Assembly: GCF_006345805.1 (NCBI RefSeq)
Contig: NC_042999.1
Coordinates: 148,366,001-148,430,000, forward strand
Reading direction: 5' to 3'
Length of the DNA stretch: 64,000 bases
From: Octopus sinensis
Lineage: Eukaryota
Below are positions 1 through 14,453 of the stretch, in pieces. Position 1 is the stretch's first letter, and the number at the start of each line of letters is the position of its first letter. The translations under genes were made by a program, and so were the position numbers. Under the pieces are notes generated by a model. The model was not told where the DNA came from. It saw only the letters and a program-made list of their open reading frames with translations, and did not search any database.

Positions 1-325
1 AAAGTAGGCAGCTGAATTTAGGAGGGGAAGATGACCAAAGGTCTGGACGTCCTGCGATTACCACCATGGATGAAAACATTGATCATGTTCACCACATGGT
101 GATGGATGACATGTGATTGACTATAAATCAAATAGCCAATGCCACTAGCATAATCTGTGAGATAGTTAAGAATATTCTGGGCAATAAATTTGACATGATG
201 GAGGTTTCTGCTTAGTGGCTGCCACATCTGGCACCTGATCAAATGCACATCACGCTGATCACATCACGGGAAAATCTGACATTGTTTGAGATAGACCCAA
301 CTGATTTACTTGAATATTTCTTAAC
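1..325 (+). mobile_element. Decayed mariner transposase fragment
   Basis: Manual translation EDDQRSGRP...ENIDHVHHMV..D.*LTINQIA...VSA*WLPHL resembles the mariner HTH and WVPHEL region; contains stops. Confidence 0.8.
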
Positions 326-446
326 CCTATAGAGGCCATTGTTGTGATTTATATCTGTCTAAATAACACATACCCATATACACACACTTATTCTAAACAT
401 AGTATTATATTTACATCATAAATATCAACATCAAAATAAAAATCAA

Positions 447-760
447 ATGGAAATTGTAGTTGTGATACCTGTGCCGGTGGCACATAAAAAGCACCATCCA
501 AACGTGGCCAATGCTAGCGCCGCCTTGACTGACTTCCGTGCTGGTAGAAAGTACCAACCAATCGTGGCTGCTGCCAGCTTCCCCTGGCACATAAAAAGCA
601 CCCACTACACTCATGGAGTGGTTAGGAAGGGCATCCAGCTGTAGAAACACTGCCAGATCAGACGAGCCTGGTGCAGCCTCCTGGCTTCTCAGACCCTGGT
701 CGAACCATCCAAGCCGTGCTAGCATGGAAAACAGACGTTAAACGATGATGATGATGATGA
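447..760 (+). repeat. RTE-3'UTR-derived repeat, one representative of about 35-40 copies on both strands (e.g. 3118, 6600, 9640, 10565, 19070, 26090, 28260, 29790, 31140, 36645, 45150, 52605, 53480, 54782, 57765, 58678, 59230, 63345)
   Basis: Shared aagcacccactacactc...gttaggaagggcatccagctgtagaaac...ccatgctagcatggaaa..gacgttaaa(tga)n, same as 51180-51360; count is by eye. Confidence 0.9.
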
Positions 761-1051
761 TATCAGTTTTACAGCCTGTATGACAATTCTCTTGACCAAA
801 ATATAAACAACTAAACAGTTGGTCTGAAAGAAGATAAAACTGAGAATTGATAGTCCAATAAAGTAGTTTATTTGTAATAAATTTATGGTTTCATACTTTA
901 CTCCAGTAAGTGTATGATGTAACATACTAGATTTGTTTTTTCCGCAAAATATACCTGTGAAATAGGGATGCGTCTTATGTGCTGGCAAATACAGAATTTG
1001 ATTTTACTGAATACACCAACATATAATTTGTTTTTCCTTTGTTTACTAAAG

Positions 1052-1163
1052 TGCTCCATATAAAGCATTAGTGGTGAAGGCAAGTGGGTTGGCTGCTGGC
1101 AAAGGAGTGGTTGTCGCTAGATCAGTGGAAGAAGCTTGTCAATCAGTTAAGGATAATCTTGAG
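1052..1163 (+). CDS. GART: GART exon (first in window), GARS ATP-grasp region: APYKALVVKASGLAAGKGVVVARSVEEACQSVKDNLE
   Basis: Manual translation; VVKASGLAAGKGV is the PurD/GARS motif; AG at 1050-1051, GT at 1164. Upstream exons are outside the window. Confidence 0.95.
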
Positions 1164-1787
1164 GTAAAGTAGCCATATTTAACCAACCTAAAATTTCTCT
1201 AGTCTTTATCTCCACCATTCGTCACTTGCCACTATCAGCTCTTTATATACTTCCGTTTTCTTCCATAACTACCTGGTTACTTTACCTGTATATTTCTTCT
1301 CTTTGTGCTTCACCTGTTTCTCTTTTCCTCTAAGTTTGAAACTGGTTTTTTTCCACTCTCCCTCGCTACTGTATTTCCTAGCATGCAAGTCACATTTTTC
1401 AAACCAAACTTTACTACTAAAAATCGGAAGTCAGTTTATACACCAAGACAGCTTTGGCAGACTGGAAATTCCATGAGAAACTGCAACAGAATTTGGAAAG
1501 ATAGTGATGCTTGAATGTTTGCACTACCTGTTTACACTTTATCTACATCAGCATATATGCTGAAAAGTGCAGTATTTGATTGCATACTCTTCTATATCTG
1601 CTCTTCCCATTCTCCTTTCACTTCACCCATCCCCATAATTCTTGTAACCTTCTTATCTCAAACTCATCCTCTGGTAATCTTCATGTTTCTCATTGGTATT
1701 CTTTCTACTCTTCTTCATAATTTACTCATTTCTCTGTTTCCCTCTAGTACTCTGCTTGTCTTCATAGCTCACTCCACCATCTGCCTA

Positions 1788-2181
1788 TTACTCTTTTACT
1801 TGTTTCAGTCATTTGACTGCGGCCATGCTGGAGCACCGCCTTTAGTCGAGCAAATCGACCCCAGGACTTATTCTTTGTAAGCCTAGTACTTATTCTATCG
1901 GTCTCTTTTGCCAAACTGATAAGTTATGGGGACATAAACACACCAGCATCGATTGTCAAGCGATGTTGGGGGGACAAACACAGACACACAAAAACACACA
2001 CACACAAACATATACATATATACGACGAGCTTCTTTCAGTTTCCGTCTATCAAATCCACTTACGAGGCTTTGGTCAGCCCGGGGCTATGGCAGAAGACAT
2101 TTGACCAAGGTGCCACGCAGTGGGACTGAACCCAGAACCATGTGGTTGGTAAGCAAGCTACTTACCACACAGCCACTCCTG
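1788..2181 (-). mobile_element. tRNA-derived CORE-like SINE (caggagtggctgtgtggtaag head, accttgggcaag core, (TA)/(TG) spacer, taaaagag tail)
   Basis: Full-length copy, homologous to 11796-12182, 16139-16473, 19773-20178 and 43945-44297. Confidence 0.85.
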
Positions 2182-2420
2182 CGCCTATCTCAATGCCTAT
2201 CTTAATGTTTCCTACTTATATACCAACCATCTCCACTGCAGTTATACTCTCTCCTCTCAACCACAGCTGTACTCTCTTCATTTAACTGCAATTGTACTCT
2301 CTCCTCTCCACTACAGCTGAACTCTCTTCATCAAAACTGTACTTTCCTTTCTATTACAACCATACTCCCCCACCCCACCCCTAATCCTATTCACTGAAGA
2401 TTTTTCACTATTTTGTTCAG

Positions 2421-2489
2421 GACAAGATATTTGGTGCCGCTGGTGAGACTGTCATTATTGAAGAATTACTTGAAGGAGAAGAAGTGTCT
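2421..2489 (+). CDS. GART: GART exon: DKIFGAAGETVIIEELLEGEEVS
   Basis: FGAAG..IEELL.GEEVS GARS motif; ttcag| and |gtaagt; phase 0-0. Confidence 0.95.
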
Positions 2490-4444
2490 GTAAGTCAACA
2501 ATTCATTAATGCTCTGTGAATTTCATATGAAGTTCAGTAATTAGGTGGCAAGTAATGCTGTTCAATGGGTTTCAAACCCTACAGAGGACATTGTTGTGAT
2601 TTATATCTGTCTAAATTACAAAGATACCCATACACACACACACACACACACACACAGCCGTTCAAGAATTTGGACTTGGAGATCTCCATTTCCAGCGACT
2701 TTGAGGGCCACCTCCCAGTGGTGTCGGGCGTCAACGAAGAGCCCCCAAATACAACAAGACGACCAAAATTCTTTTTTTTTTCCCCCCAAGGTCTGGGGTC
2801 TCCCGCCCCCTAAGCCCTAGACCATCACCTAATCACCCTTGCCCGTCTTGTTGCTTAACAACAACAACACACACACAGTTATTCTAAACATAATACTGAT
2901 TTCAAACTTTGGCACAAGGCCAGCAATTTCAGGGGAGGGGTTCAGTCTACTGAATCAACCCTAGTGCTCAACTGGTACTTATTTTATTGACCCCAAAGGA
3001 TGAAAGGCAAAGTTGACCTCTGAGGAAAGACAGATGAAATTCCACGAAGCATTTTGTCCAGCATGATAACAATTCTGCCAGCTCAATTGCCTTAATCCTA
3101 AACATAATGTTAAATAATATCATCATCATCGTTTAACATCCGTTTTCCGCACTAGCACAGGTTGGACGGTTCGACCAGGGGCTGCACCAGGCTCCAGTCT
3201 GATCTGGCAGTGTTTCTACAGCTGGATGCCCTTCCTAACGCCAATCACTCTGCGAGTGTAGTGGGTGCTTTTTACGTTCCACCGGCACAGGTGTCGGGAG
3301 TCTGGCATCGGCACGATCGGTTGGTGCTTTTAACGTGCCACCGGCACGGAAGCCAGTCAAGGCGGCGCTGGCATCGGCCACGTTCGGATGGTGCTTTTTA
3401 TGTGCCACTGGCACATCCTCTAGGATTTGACCCCATTCAGCAAGAGATCTTCTATGTGATCACTCGATCTGCTTGAAATATTTGTCAAAATTCATATCTC
3501 ACCCTTAAAAAAAGATGAATTCCTTTGGATCATCTTATGATGTAGTTTGAGACACTACTAGAAGATGAGATAGTGATTTCTGGTACAGAAGGGACCTGGA
3601 GCTAAATTGCAACGTCATCATTGTCATTTTAATGTTCACTTTAGCATGCCTGCATGGGTCAGATGAATTTTATTGAGGCAGTTTTCTGTGGTTGGGTGCC
3701 CTTCCTGTTGCCAATCCTCACCTGTTTCCATGCAAGGTAATATTTTCTCATGGTCAGACATATTTTTCATGGAAGACTGGAAACAAACAACCTCAGTTGT
3801 ATATCATGGTAATGCTCATTTACAACTATCACATAATGTCAAAACAAGGGTATACACACACACAGCAGCCTTCTTTCAGTTTCCTTCTACCATATCCACC
3901 AACAACACTTAGGTCAGCATGGGTCTACTGCAGAAGACACCTGTCCAAAGTGTCACACAGTGGGATTGAACTCAAGGTCACATGGTTGGGAAGCAAACTC
4001 TTTAACCACATGGCCATGCTTGTGCCAACCCCAATTATTCACAGTACACAGTCATGGGTCTAATGTTTTAAAGGACGTTCAGCACTTAGGTTTTTGTTTC
4101 TTTACTTTCTGAAAATGTCTTAAATTTGTAGAACCAGACAACCCGCAATGAAATATTTCTTCATAAATGCCAATCCTGATTTTACTTTGCATATGGTATC
4201 TGTTTAGGTATCATCCATCTATCGGTGTATGTCTGCACATGCAAGGGTGTAGGTCTTTGTGCTTCTTTGTCTCAACATCACATGATTGTTGTAAATGGAC
4301 ACCACTATCAAACAACCAGTGTCCTTCATTTGCAAAGCTTGCCTGGCCATGGAAAAATATCACCTTCCTTGGAAATGGGTCTGAGTTGGTGACAAGAAGG
4401 GAATCTGAACATACAAAATCTGCCTCGACAATCTGAACCACTTG

Positions 4445-4869
4445 TAAGAACAAACTTGTAGTGAATTGTCCCCTTGTAATTCCACCAGACATAAATCATC
4501 AACTTGTGTTCAAAATGCCCTTGTTTGGTGAAGCTGTTTCAGAAGCTGGCCCTTGCTTAACACTGCCTCTGCCTTTTGGGATTGCAGGAAAATATCTCCC
4601 TTAGATTACTACGTGTTCTGATCCCTAACTCTCTTCTTGTGCTTGCGATGCTTCATCAATCAAGGAGAGATGGACACTTCAGTGAAGGAGTCCTTCACCT
4701 CAAAGGAGAAGAACTGGCATTAGTATGCGATCAAAGAACTGACAGGAAGGTGGCTTCAGACGATGCACCACAATGGTCCCTACTTTGAATGCTCGGCTGC
4801 TTTTGTTGTAACTAGATGAATAAAGCAAATATGTTACCAAAATGTTGCAAAACTTTTGACACACCACAG
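4445..4869 (-). mobile_element. Decayed, internally deleted mariner fragment with one terminus
   Basis: Minus-strand KLMIYVWWNYKGTIHYKF matches the mariner K.ML.VWW...G.I.YE motif; TA at 4870-4871 next to a TIR-like end. Confidence 0.55.
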
Positions 4870-5372
4870 TATGTATTTTTATTCATATATACATAATTGA
4901 CAAGTGCGTTATGATGAGATTTTGGGTAGAGGAAACCATGGGAAGGCCTAATATATGTGTATGTATATTTGTTGAGTTGCGTCACTTTTTGTTATTGATA
5001 TATCTGACTAAACATTATTGAAAGTAGTGAGTCAGCATGGTCACAGTCCAATGACTGAAACCAGTGAAAGAATAGAGACTTACTTTTTGCAGTGCAAGGA
5101 GACAGTAGAAATGTAGCTGGAACCTCATTTGAAACAGCAAGGCACTTTTATTTTTGTCACACAATAGGAACCTTCAACTAACAGCTGTTGCAATATTTTG
5201 CATCACTTATATGCTGATGTGAGTTTGCATACAAGTGATGTGACAAACAGCTGGGTTTACTTATATATTAATGTATACACATTACTAGATATAATACCAC
5301 AATTTATACATATCTTGAATAATTATTTTATGTTGAATGTATTATTTTCTTTCAAATCTCTTCTCTTTTTAG

Positions 5373-5564
<192 letters not shown>

Positions 5565-7811
5565 TAATGTTTATTTATTGATATTGCTTTCAATTAATCA
5601 TACATTATCTCATCTCTTTGAGGTTTCAATGATGTGATTGTTTACTTTTAGAATGACATTGTAGGGTAAGTGTGAGAAGCTGGATCTAGCTAGTTTGAAC
5701 ATAAAGCAGGTAAAATATTTTGGCCAGATATCATCATCATCATTTAGCATCCGTTGTCCATGCTGGCATGGTTTGGACGGTTTAACTGGGCTGGCATGCT
5801 GGAAGACTGCATCAGACTCCAGTCTGATTTGGCATGGTTTTCTACAGCTGGATACCCTTCCTAATACAAACCACTCTGAGAGTGCAATGGGTGCTTTTAT
5901 GTGCCACCAGCACAGGTGCCATTTGTGTGACACTGGATGCATTTAAATGGCCGGTTTAAATAATTAAAGAAATGTGGCATGACTTTACCATTTGATAATT
6001 AAAACCAGTGACAAAAGACAAAAGTGATGGTGCATGGCCTAATGGTTAAGGTATTGCACTCACAATCACAAGATTGCGATTTCAATTACCAGATCAGGTG
6101 GTGCATTGTGTTCTCGAGCAAAACACTTTGTTTCCCATTGCTCCAGTCCACTCAGCTGTAAGCAAATAACCTTGCGATGGACTGGCATCCCATTCTGGGA
6201 ATATGTTGTGATCTTGGTTCCTTATGGGTTTTGCAAACATTGTAAGCAACCTTGTGAGTCCTAGGACTCGAGAAGTAATGTCTGATGGTTGATGATAATG
6301 AAAAGACAAAACTAAAGCGATACTTGTTGTTATGGTTATCAGATTTACATCTTCATCGACAGTGCCACTGGATTGATAGAGCTACAGTATTGTTTGTCCT
6401 TTTTTGATATCAACTCACCTGATATGGTCGTAGGATACAATCTACTTGTTTTAAAGTGATCAAAATTAAATCCATTGAAACTTAATTTTTTCCAAATACA
6501 AGCTTCGCAATGATAAATAAATTTTTCTTAATTCCTTATTTTCAAAATTAATTGAAGGGCAATATAGTTCAACAGTAGTACAATAACAAAAGGGTTTAAT
6601 GAGCGTGATCGTTGCCAACTGGCTTCCGTACCCGTGGCACGTAAAAGGGCACCATTCGAGCGTGATCGTTACCAACGTTGCTTCACTGGCACGTGTAAAA
6701 AAATTCGAGCGAGGTCATTGCCAGTACCGCCTGACTGGCCCCGTGCAGGTGGCACATAAAAAGCACCCACTACACTCTCGGAGTGGTTGGCATTAGGAAA
6801 TGCATCCAGCTGTAGAAACTCTGCCAGATCAAGACTGGAGCCTGGTGCAGCCATCTGGTTGCCAGCCCTCAGTCAAAACCGTCCAACCCATGCTAGCATG
6901 GAAAACGGACGTTAAATGATGATGACTGTAAATTTCTCTTATAAATTGAAATCAATTTTGTTAGGCGATATGATATGCTTGAGAAGACCTGTTGAGTCAA
7001 GTAAAACCAAAATCGTATCTGTGGTCACTTCCCCCTGACTGGCCCCCATTCTAGTGGCATGTAAAATGCATCATCCAAACATGGTCGATGCCAATGTCCC
7101 CTGACTGACTCCCATGCTGGTGGTACATAAAGAGCACTATTCAAATGTGATTGATGACAGGCCCGTCTGACTGGCTCCTGTGCTGGTGGCACGTAAAAAG
7201 CCCCCAGAGTGGTTGGCGTTAGGAAGGGCATCCAGCTGTAGAAACATTGCCAGATCAGATTGGAGCCTGGTACAGCTGCTGGCTTTCCAGACCTCAGTCA
7301 AACCGTCCGGCCCATGTCAACATGGAAAACGGACGTTTAACAATAATGATGGCTTGTCCATATTCATGTTTTGTCTTAGATAAAGATATTTAATACTCAT
7401 TAACAAAGCTTTATGAAGGTAGCATGAGAAAGAAAGGATCAGCACTATATGATAGCAATACTACATCAAACAAATATTTCATTAGACTAGGTGCTGGAAT
7501 CAAATTATTCCATGAGCTAGGCAACAACAGCAGGAAACCAATTAAATATTTCTTTTTTTATTACAAGACTTAGAATTTTAGCAGTTTAAATCACTAATCA
7601 AGTTCACTAGACTTTTCTTTGCTTAAAATCTACGAAACCAAATAAAACCAAATAAAATTTTAAGTGATAAACCAAATAAAATTTTAAATATTTCAATGAT
7701 TATAAGATTTAGATATTGAGTTGTTTTTTTTTTTCTTTTGCATATATGTTTATTTGAATTTTGGTGTTATTTTTTTCAAATCATCATCTTTAATTTGTTT
7801 CAATGTATCAG

Positions 7812-7899
7812 ATTACAGAGTCTGAACTTAAACTTGTTAAAGAGACTGTTCTACAAAAAGCTGTTGATGGACTGAGATCAGAAGGAATGCCATTTGTAG
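7812..7899 (+). CDS. GART: GART exon: ITESELKLVKETVLQKAVDGLRSEGMPFV(G)
   Basis: Resembles the GARS helix ...TVLQ..VDG...EG.P; atcag| and |gtaagt; phase 0-1 keeps the frame with both neighbours. Confidence 0.92.
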
Positions 7900-7924
7900 G
7901 TAAGTAAATACCTGACAACTTACT

Positions 7925-8144
7925 CCCTGTAGCATTCAGATTATTCTGTCAAATGTAATAGTTATTGACATTGTTTTGAATATGTCATGCATTATCTCAT
8001 GGCTTTGAGATTTCAAGGATAACATTGTTTATTTTTAGATTGCTATCGTAGGGTAGGTGTGAGAAGCCAGATCTAGCCAATTTTAACATAAAACAGGTAG
8101 AATATTTAGTTAGGCTGGATATGGTCAGTTTAAATGCTAAAGGG
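7925..8144. mobile_element. piggyBac-type MITE, family 2; further copies at about 5534-5970, 12347-12554 and 46534-46690
   Basis: Termini ccctttagcatt / aatgctaaaggg|ttaa; shared interior tagcattcagatta.tctgtcaaat. Confidence 0.7.
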
Positions 8145-9938
8145 TTAATGTACCTTTTTGACAAAAAAAAATTAAAATCTTTATAATAGATTCATATTAG
8201 GTGAGAGCTTCTGTTACTTAGGAAACCTAATTAGCAACAATAAAAGGATATACTGAGAGCATAGCAGCCAGAATTAGAACATGGTGGAGAAAGTTTGGGG
8301 AACTATTATCCCTGATGATGAGATGTGGATTCTCTTTCCAGTCTATGAACTATGGTGCTGCTTAGTAGTGAAAGAACTGAAAGAAAAACTTGGTAAAAGA
8401 GGAAGCATCTGTGATGTGCAAGGGTGATGGCTATGCTAGTATGGACATGTAATAATGGGTGAAGAAGTGCTAGGAGATTCATGTAGAAAGATAGTAGAAG
8501 AGGAAGACCAAGGAGGACGTGGGCAAATGTGAAGGCCATTCAGGAAGCTGAGCATCATAAACAAGAAAGAAAGACAAGTGGTAGGAGACTGTGGTGGAGG
8601 GACTCATCCCGCCCATGCAAGCATAGAAAATCAAAAAGAAAAAAAATGATGAAGAACATTTTTATGTACTGGATCAGTAACCCAAAGGTCTCGAGATCAA
8701 AACCTCTTTTTTACAGTATGACTTTTTCACTAAAATGAAAGCAACATGCCATTTTTGCCTGATTGACAATACCAAATACTCAATCTTGTTTTAAAAATTT
8801 CTTTTTAATTACTGACATCCTACACACTGATTAAATCAATGTGATGAGAATAGTAAAATATACCTTTTCTTTTTTTCTTAAGCTTATAAGTAAATGGATT
8901 TGGTTTGCTGGAGTTTACATGTACTTTATGTAACATGCATGTGATTTTCCTTCATCCGTGCATACATATGTACATAGGTTCATTTGTTTTACATCTATCT
9001 TTCTATATTAGCATTTGTTAAATAGTGACTTATTTTGAGGCAGCATTAGAGAGCAATTGGTAGACAATAAGGAATGTCAGCACACACATACACATTTGGG
9101 TTCTGTGCAGTTTCCATTTGCCAATTCCATTCACAGGACATTGGCTGGCTCAAGGCTATAGTAGGAACTATATAGTTTTATATTTTATCACACAGTGAGA
9201 CATATATATATCATTATTTAATGTCTTCCTTCCATGCTGACATGGGTTGGACGGTTTGACAGGAGCTGGCCAGGCACCATGAGCCTGCACCATGCTTTTG
9301 TGTCTGCTTTGACAGAGTTTTTATGGCTGGATGCCCTTCCTAACACCATCAACCCTACAGAGTAGGCTGAGTGCTTTTTACTTGGCACCTGCACAGGCAA
9401 GATCAGTTTTGGCGTGATTTTTACAGCTTGATACCCTTCTAAATGTCAGCTACCATGCAGTGACAATTTAGCTATCGCACCGTATATATATATATATCTA
9501 CACACACACACATATATAGATGTGTGTGTGTGTATATATATATATTTCCATGGGCTTAAAATTATAAAAAAAATTTTTGTTCACATAAACTTTTTAGTTT
9601 CATCCAGTATTGGGACCATTATCGTATATATATATATATATATGGCACATAAAAAGCACCATCTGAACATGGCCAATGCCAGCACTGCCTTGACTGGCTT
9701 CCATGCTGGTGGCACATAAAAAGCATCAACCAATCGTGGCCCGTTGCCAGCCTCCTCTGGGCCCCTGTGGTAGTGGCACGTAAAAAGCACCCACTACACT
9801 CATGGAGTGGTTGGCATTAGGAAGGACATCCAGGCATAGAAACACTGCCAGATCAGACTGGAGCCCGGTGCAGCTTCCTGGCTTCCCAGACCCTAGTCGA
9901 ACCGTCCAACCCATGCTAGCATGGAAAATGGACGTTAA

Positions 9939-10172
<234 letters not shown>

Positions 10173-11795
10173 TGAAATACTTTGATAAACTCCATTGTCA
10201 GTCACATATGTTCTAAAAGTGCTTCAAAGACATTTCTAAACTGTATCAGTGTATGTCAGATTTTTTTGCACTAATCACAAATCATAATAGGTTTAAATAT
10301 GAGTTTCTTATGAAATTATCTTTTACCATTTCATGTTACTTGTTTCGGTCATTAGACTGTGGCCATGCTAGAACACCACCTTGAAGAATTTAAGTCGAAC
10401 AAATTGACTTATAATCTTTTTGTAAATTCTGGTACTTATTCTGTCAATCTCTTTTGCCAAAACACTAAGTTACAGGGATGTAAACACACCAACTCTGGTT
10501 GTCCAGTGGTGGGAGACAACAATTTTCAAAAAGACACACATTCATATATATATATATTTTATATAAGCCAGTGCCGCCTCGACTGGCTTCCGTGCAGATA
10601 GCACGTAAAATGCACCATCCGAATCGTGGCCGAAGCCAGTGCCGCCTCGACTGGCTTCCATGCAGGTGGCACGTAAAATGCACCAATCCGACCGTGGCCG
10701 ATGCCAGCCTTGCCTGGCACCAGTGCAGGTGGCACGTAAAAAGCACCCACTACACTCACGGAGTGGTTGGCGTTAGCAAGGGCATTAAGCTGTAGAAACA
10801 TTGCCAGATAAGACCGGAGCCTGGTGCAGCCTTCTGGCTTCCCAGATCCCCGGTCGAACCGTCCAACCCATGCTAGCATGGAGAACGGACGTTAAACGAT
10901 GATGATGATGGATGATGATTTATATTGTGAAATTTGATTTAATACTAAATTGAATTTTTCCCTGTAAGTTTGGAGTTATACTCCCTTGTAGTGAAGCAAC
11001 TTGTTGCTAAACCCTTAGTTATAGTTATAATTATATATATATAAAAAAACTTTTTGTATGTTTTTACCGAATATGGTTCTTTTCCATACCAAAACTACTT
11101 GGTAAAATTTATTAATTATTAAATTAATAATCCTTTACCTATCTATCTATATATATATATATATTGGCCTGCTCGCTTAGCCAGCGGGGTGGCGTCATTC
11201 GAAGGCTAAAACAATGCGAACGCATTGTGACCAGCGATGTGTAGCAACATCTGATGGTCTGGTCGGTCACGTGATATATATAGAAGCCCATCATATATAT
11301 ATATATATATATATATGATGGGCTTCTTTCAGTTTCCATCTACCAGATCCACTCACAAGGCATTTGGTTGACCCAAATTAATAGTAGAAGACACTTGCCC
11401 AAGTTGTCATGTAGTAAGACTGGACCAGAAACCATGTGGTTGCGATGCAAACTTCTTTCCACACAGCTACACCTGTGCCTATATTCATATTTACTTTAGT
11501 GCTTAATGTTCAGACACAGTTTATGAGCTTGTGATGTACACTGGTGATGTGTGTTTGTGTGTGTATTGTATGTTTTTCCTTCCGAGCATAGGCTGGACGG
11601 AATTATTTGTGGCAGGAATTTACAGCCAGATGTGCTTCCTGTTGCCAACCCTTACCCAATTTTCAAATAAGGGGTACTTTTTGTTATTTTGTAGCTCTTA
11701 AAATCCACAGTGTAAACATTATATCATCGTTTCACCTAGATGGGATAAGCAAAGCCATAAAAGTTAAGTCCCACAATCATATACACATATAGGCA

Positions 11796-12182
11796 CAGGA
11801 GTTACTGTGTGGTAAGTAGCTTGCTTACCAACCACATGGTTCTGGGTTCAGTCCCACTGCGTGGCACCTTGGGCAAGTGTCTTCTGCTATAGCCTTGGGC
11901 TGACCAAAGCCTTGTGAGTGAATTTGGTAGACAGAAACTGAAAAAGAAGCCTGTTGTGTATATGTATGTATATATATGTGTGTGTGTGTGTGTTTGTCCC
12001 CCCCAACATCGCTTGACAGTTGATGCTGGTGTGTTTACGTCCCTGTCACTTAGCAGTTCAGCAAAAGAGACCGATAAAATAAGTACTAGGCTTACAAAGA
12101 ATAAGTCCTGGGGTCGATTTGCTCGGCTAAAGGTGGTGCTCCAGCATGGCTGCAGTCAAATTACTGAAACAAGTAAAAGAAA
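11796..12182 (+). mobile_element. tRNA-derived CORE-like SINE, full length
   Basis: A/B-box-like head, ccttgggcaagtgtcttct core, gactgaaacaagtaaaaga tail. Confidence 0.85.
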
Positions 12183-12621
12183 TATACAACAGGTTTCTGT
12201 ACAGTTTCTTCCTCCCAAATTCACTCACTTTTATAGCCTTAAGATACTTGTCTAAGGAGCCATGCTGAAGGACTGAACCTGAAACTATGTGGTTGTAGAG
12301 CAAGCAATCTTCTTACCCAAACAACCATCTGTATCTTCATATAAATATTTAAACCAGCCACATCTGGCCCAAATATTCTACCTGTTTTGTGTTCGAAATG
12401 GCTAGATTTGGCCTCTTGTGCCTACTCTCTAATGTCATTCTAAAAGTAAACATTCACATCATCAAAATCTTGAAGCTGACATAATACATCATTAATTCAA
12501 AATAATGTGAATAAATAAGCGTAGCATTTGACAGAGAAATCTGAATGCTATAGGGTTAAAAAACAAAACAATTAGTTATTTAAATTGAGATTGTTTTGAA
12601 AATGTTCTTCTATTTTTACAG

Positions 12622-12790
12622 TCCATCCTTCCTCTGCTCAAATCGGATCTTCTCACAGTCTGCACTGCCTGCGTCAACGGTACACTGCAACATACCATGC
12701 CAGAATTTGATTCAGTATCCAAAGTCCTTGGTGTTGTCGTCGTTAGTGGAGGCTATCCTGGTTCATATAAGAAAAATCTTCCACTCACAG
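12622..12790 (+). CDS. GART: GART exon: SILPLLKSDLLTVCTACVNGTLQHTMPEFDSVSKVLGVVVVSGGYPGSYKKNLPLT(G)
   Basis: ILPLLKSDL and S.GYPGSY motifs; tacag| and |gtaatg. Confidence 0.95.
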
Positions 12791-12991
12791 GTAATGCTCT
12801 TTTTTTTATTTTTTTTTTATTAACGACTTGTGTGGTGTGGATTCGAGTCCAGAGTCTGAATTACTATCCCATTGCAATTTCAAATGTCTGCATTGCTTTC
12901 AAGAGTCTACTCAAAGGCCTAATTATTCTCCCACTATGCAGTATAATTGTTATATGTGTCATACCTAGACCACATTTAGAATTATAGACTA

Positions 12992-13342
12992 CTAGCAGTA
13001 TCGCCCGGCGTTGCTCAGGTTTGTAAGGGAAATAACTATATAAGCATTTTTAGAGAGTTATAGCAAAAAAAAATTATGGTAAATTTTTTTTTAAATCGTT
13101 GACTCATCGTAGACATTTTTAGAGAGTTACTTCCCTTATATAATAGCGAAAAAATTCATTAAAATGGGAAAAAATGATGGTAAATTTTTTTTTTAATCGT
13201 AGACTCATCGTAGACGCGCACTAATACCCAGAAGGGCTCAATATGAATCACGACTATAAGGTTAAACTGCACCGCAAAATGTGGGAGTAAGGAATCTAAA
13301 TCGTAGGAGACAGACACACAACCTCTCTTTTATATATAAAGA
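12992..13342 (-). mobile_element. Non-autonomous Helitron-type element with an internal ~100 bp duplication
   Basis: On the minus strand it begins A|TC and ends CTAG|T, with a GC-rich subterminal hairpin (plus strand cccggcgttgctcagg). Confidence 0.75.
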
Positions 13343-13404
13343 TATTCAGTTTTTCTGTCTGATTGATAAATTCATTCAACAAATATACAAGGCATACTCT
13401 TAAC

Positions 13405-13654
13405 CAGTGGTTCTTAACTAGGGTCCAGATGACCTTTGTGAGTCTATTTAAGGTTTTGTTGTTAAAATTTATATGCAATAAATTGGTTATACTTTTACAA
13501 TGCACAAAATATTTTAACAATTTTGTGACATAATTCCTAATAATATTTAACTAAAAATGGTAGGATTTTTTAAACATAGAATAGCTATGAGGATCCAGTA
13601 AAGTAAAATAGAGATTAAGGAGGTCCGTAGGCAAAAAATGGTTGAGAACCACTG
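13405..13654. mobile_element. hAT (Charlie-like) MITE
   Basis: TIRs cagtggttcttaac / gttgagaaccactg; homologous to 34982-35211. Confidence 0.8.
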
Positions 13655-14453
13655 CCGTATACAGTTATTTGATTTACTAGAAATAGAATCCATATCTCCC
13701 TCAGACTGCACTCTATCATCATCATTTAATGGTTACGATCGATTAGTGCTTTTTTACGTCCCACCGGCACAGGTATCACAGCTACAATTTCCATTTTGAT
13801 TTTCATTTTGATGCTGATCTTACTTGACTCAATAGGTTTCCTCAAGCACAGCAGGTCGCCCTACAATCCAAGGTACTTTTGAATGGGCTGAGTCATAGGC
13901 AACGCCCTTGCACACCCCACCCCACCACCTTTTCAACTATCTTTCTATCTATTTTTTTCAACTCTGTCACTAATTCCTTCTCTCTGCTGTGTTCTCTGCC
14001 ATTCTCCTCCAGCCTCAACTCTGCCAAGGATCATTTTCCACTCTTCTGTTCTCTGTAGTAATAGGAGCCAATTTAGGGCCTTAAACTTACAATTTATGAA
14101 GCAATCAGACTCTGGTCGAACCATCCAACCCATGCTTGCATGGAAAACATATGTTAAACGATGATGATGGTGACTGACTCCAGTGAGCTCACCAAGTAAC
14201 TTACAAGACAAATCTGCTCAGGTGGGAGGGGATGTAGTATTGAGGGAGGTGGCTTTGTACCAGGTGATGAAAGGTTCGAGTATGGTAGACAAATAGATAT
14301 AACTGATGTCTTGCTGTTGGGAAAATACATGTTTATTTCATTTAGGAAAAAGGGAGATGATACGCTTTATGTCTGTTTTCATTTAAATATTACGTTTTTG
14401 CATTTGTTTTGCAAGATTCTTGATGTGGAATTGTGTGTTGAAACATATTTCAG

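Noticed and set aside
411-725. Many 60-120 aa ORFs with recurring text (LQLDALPNANHS, HKKHPLH, QIHSQG)
   Set aside because: They are translations of the RTE tail and SINE repeats in different frames, not genes.
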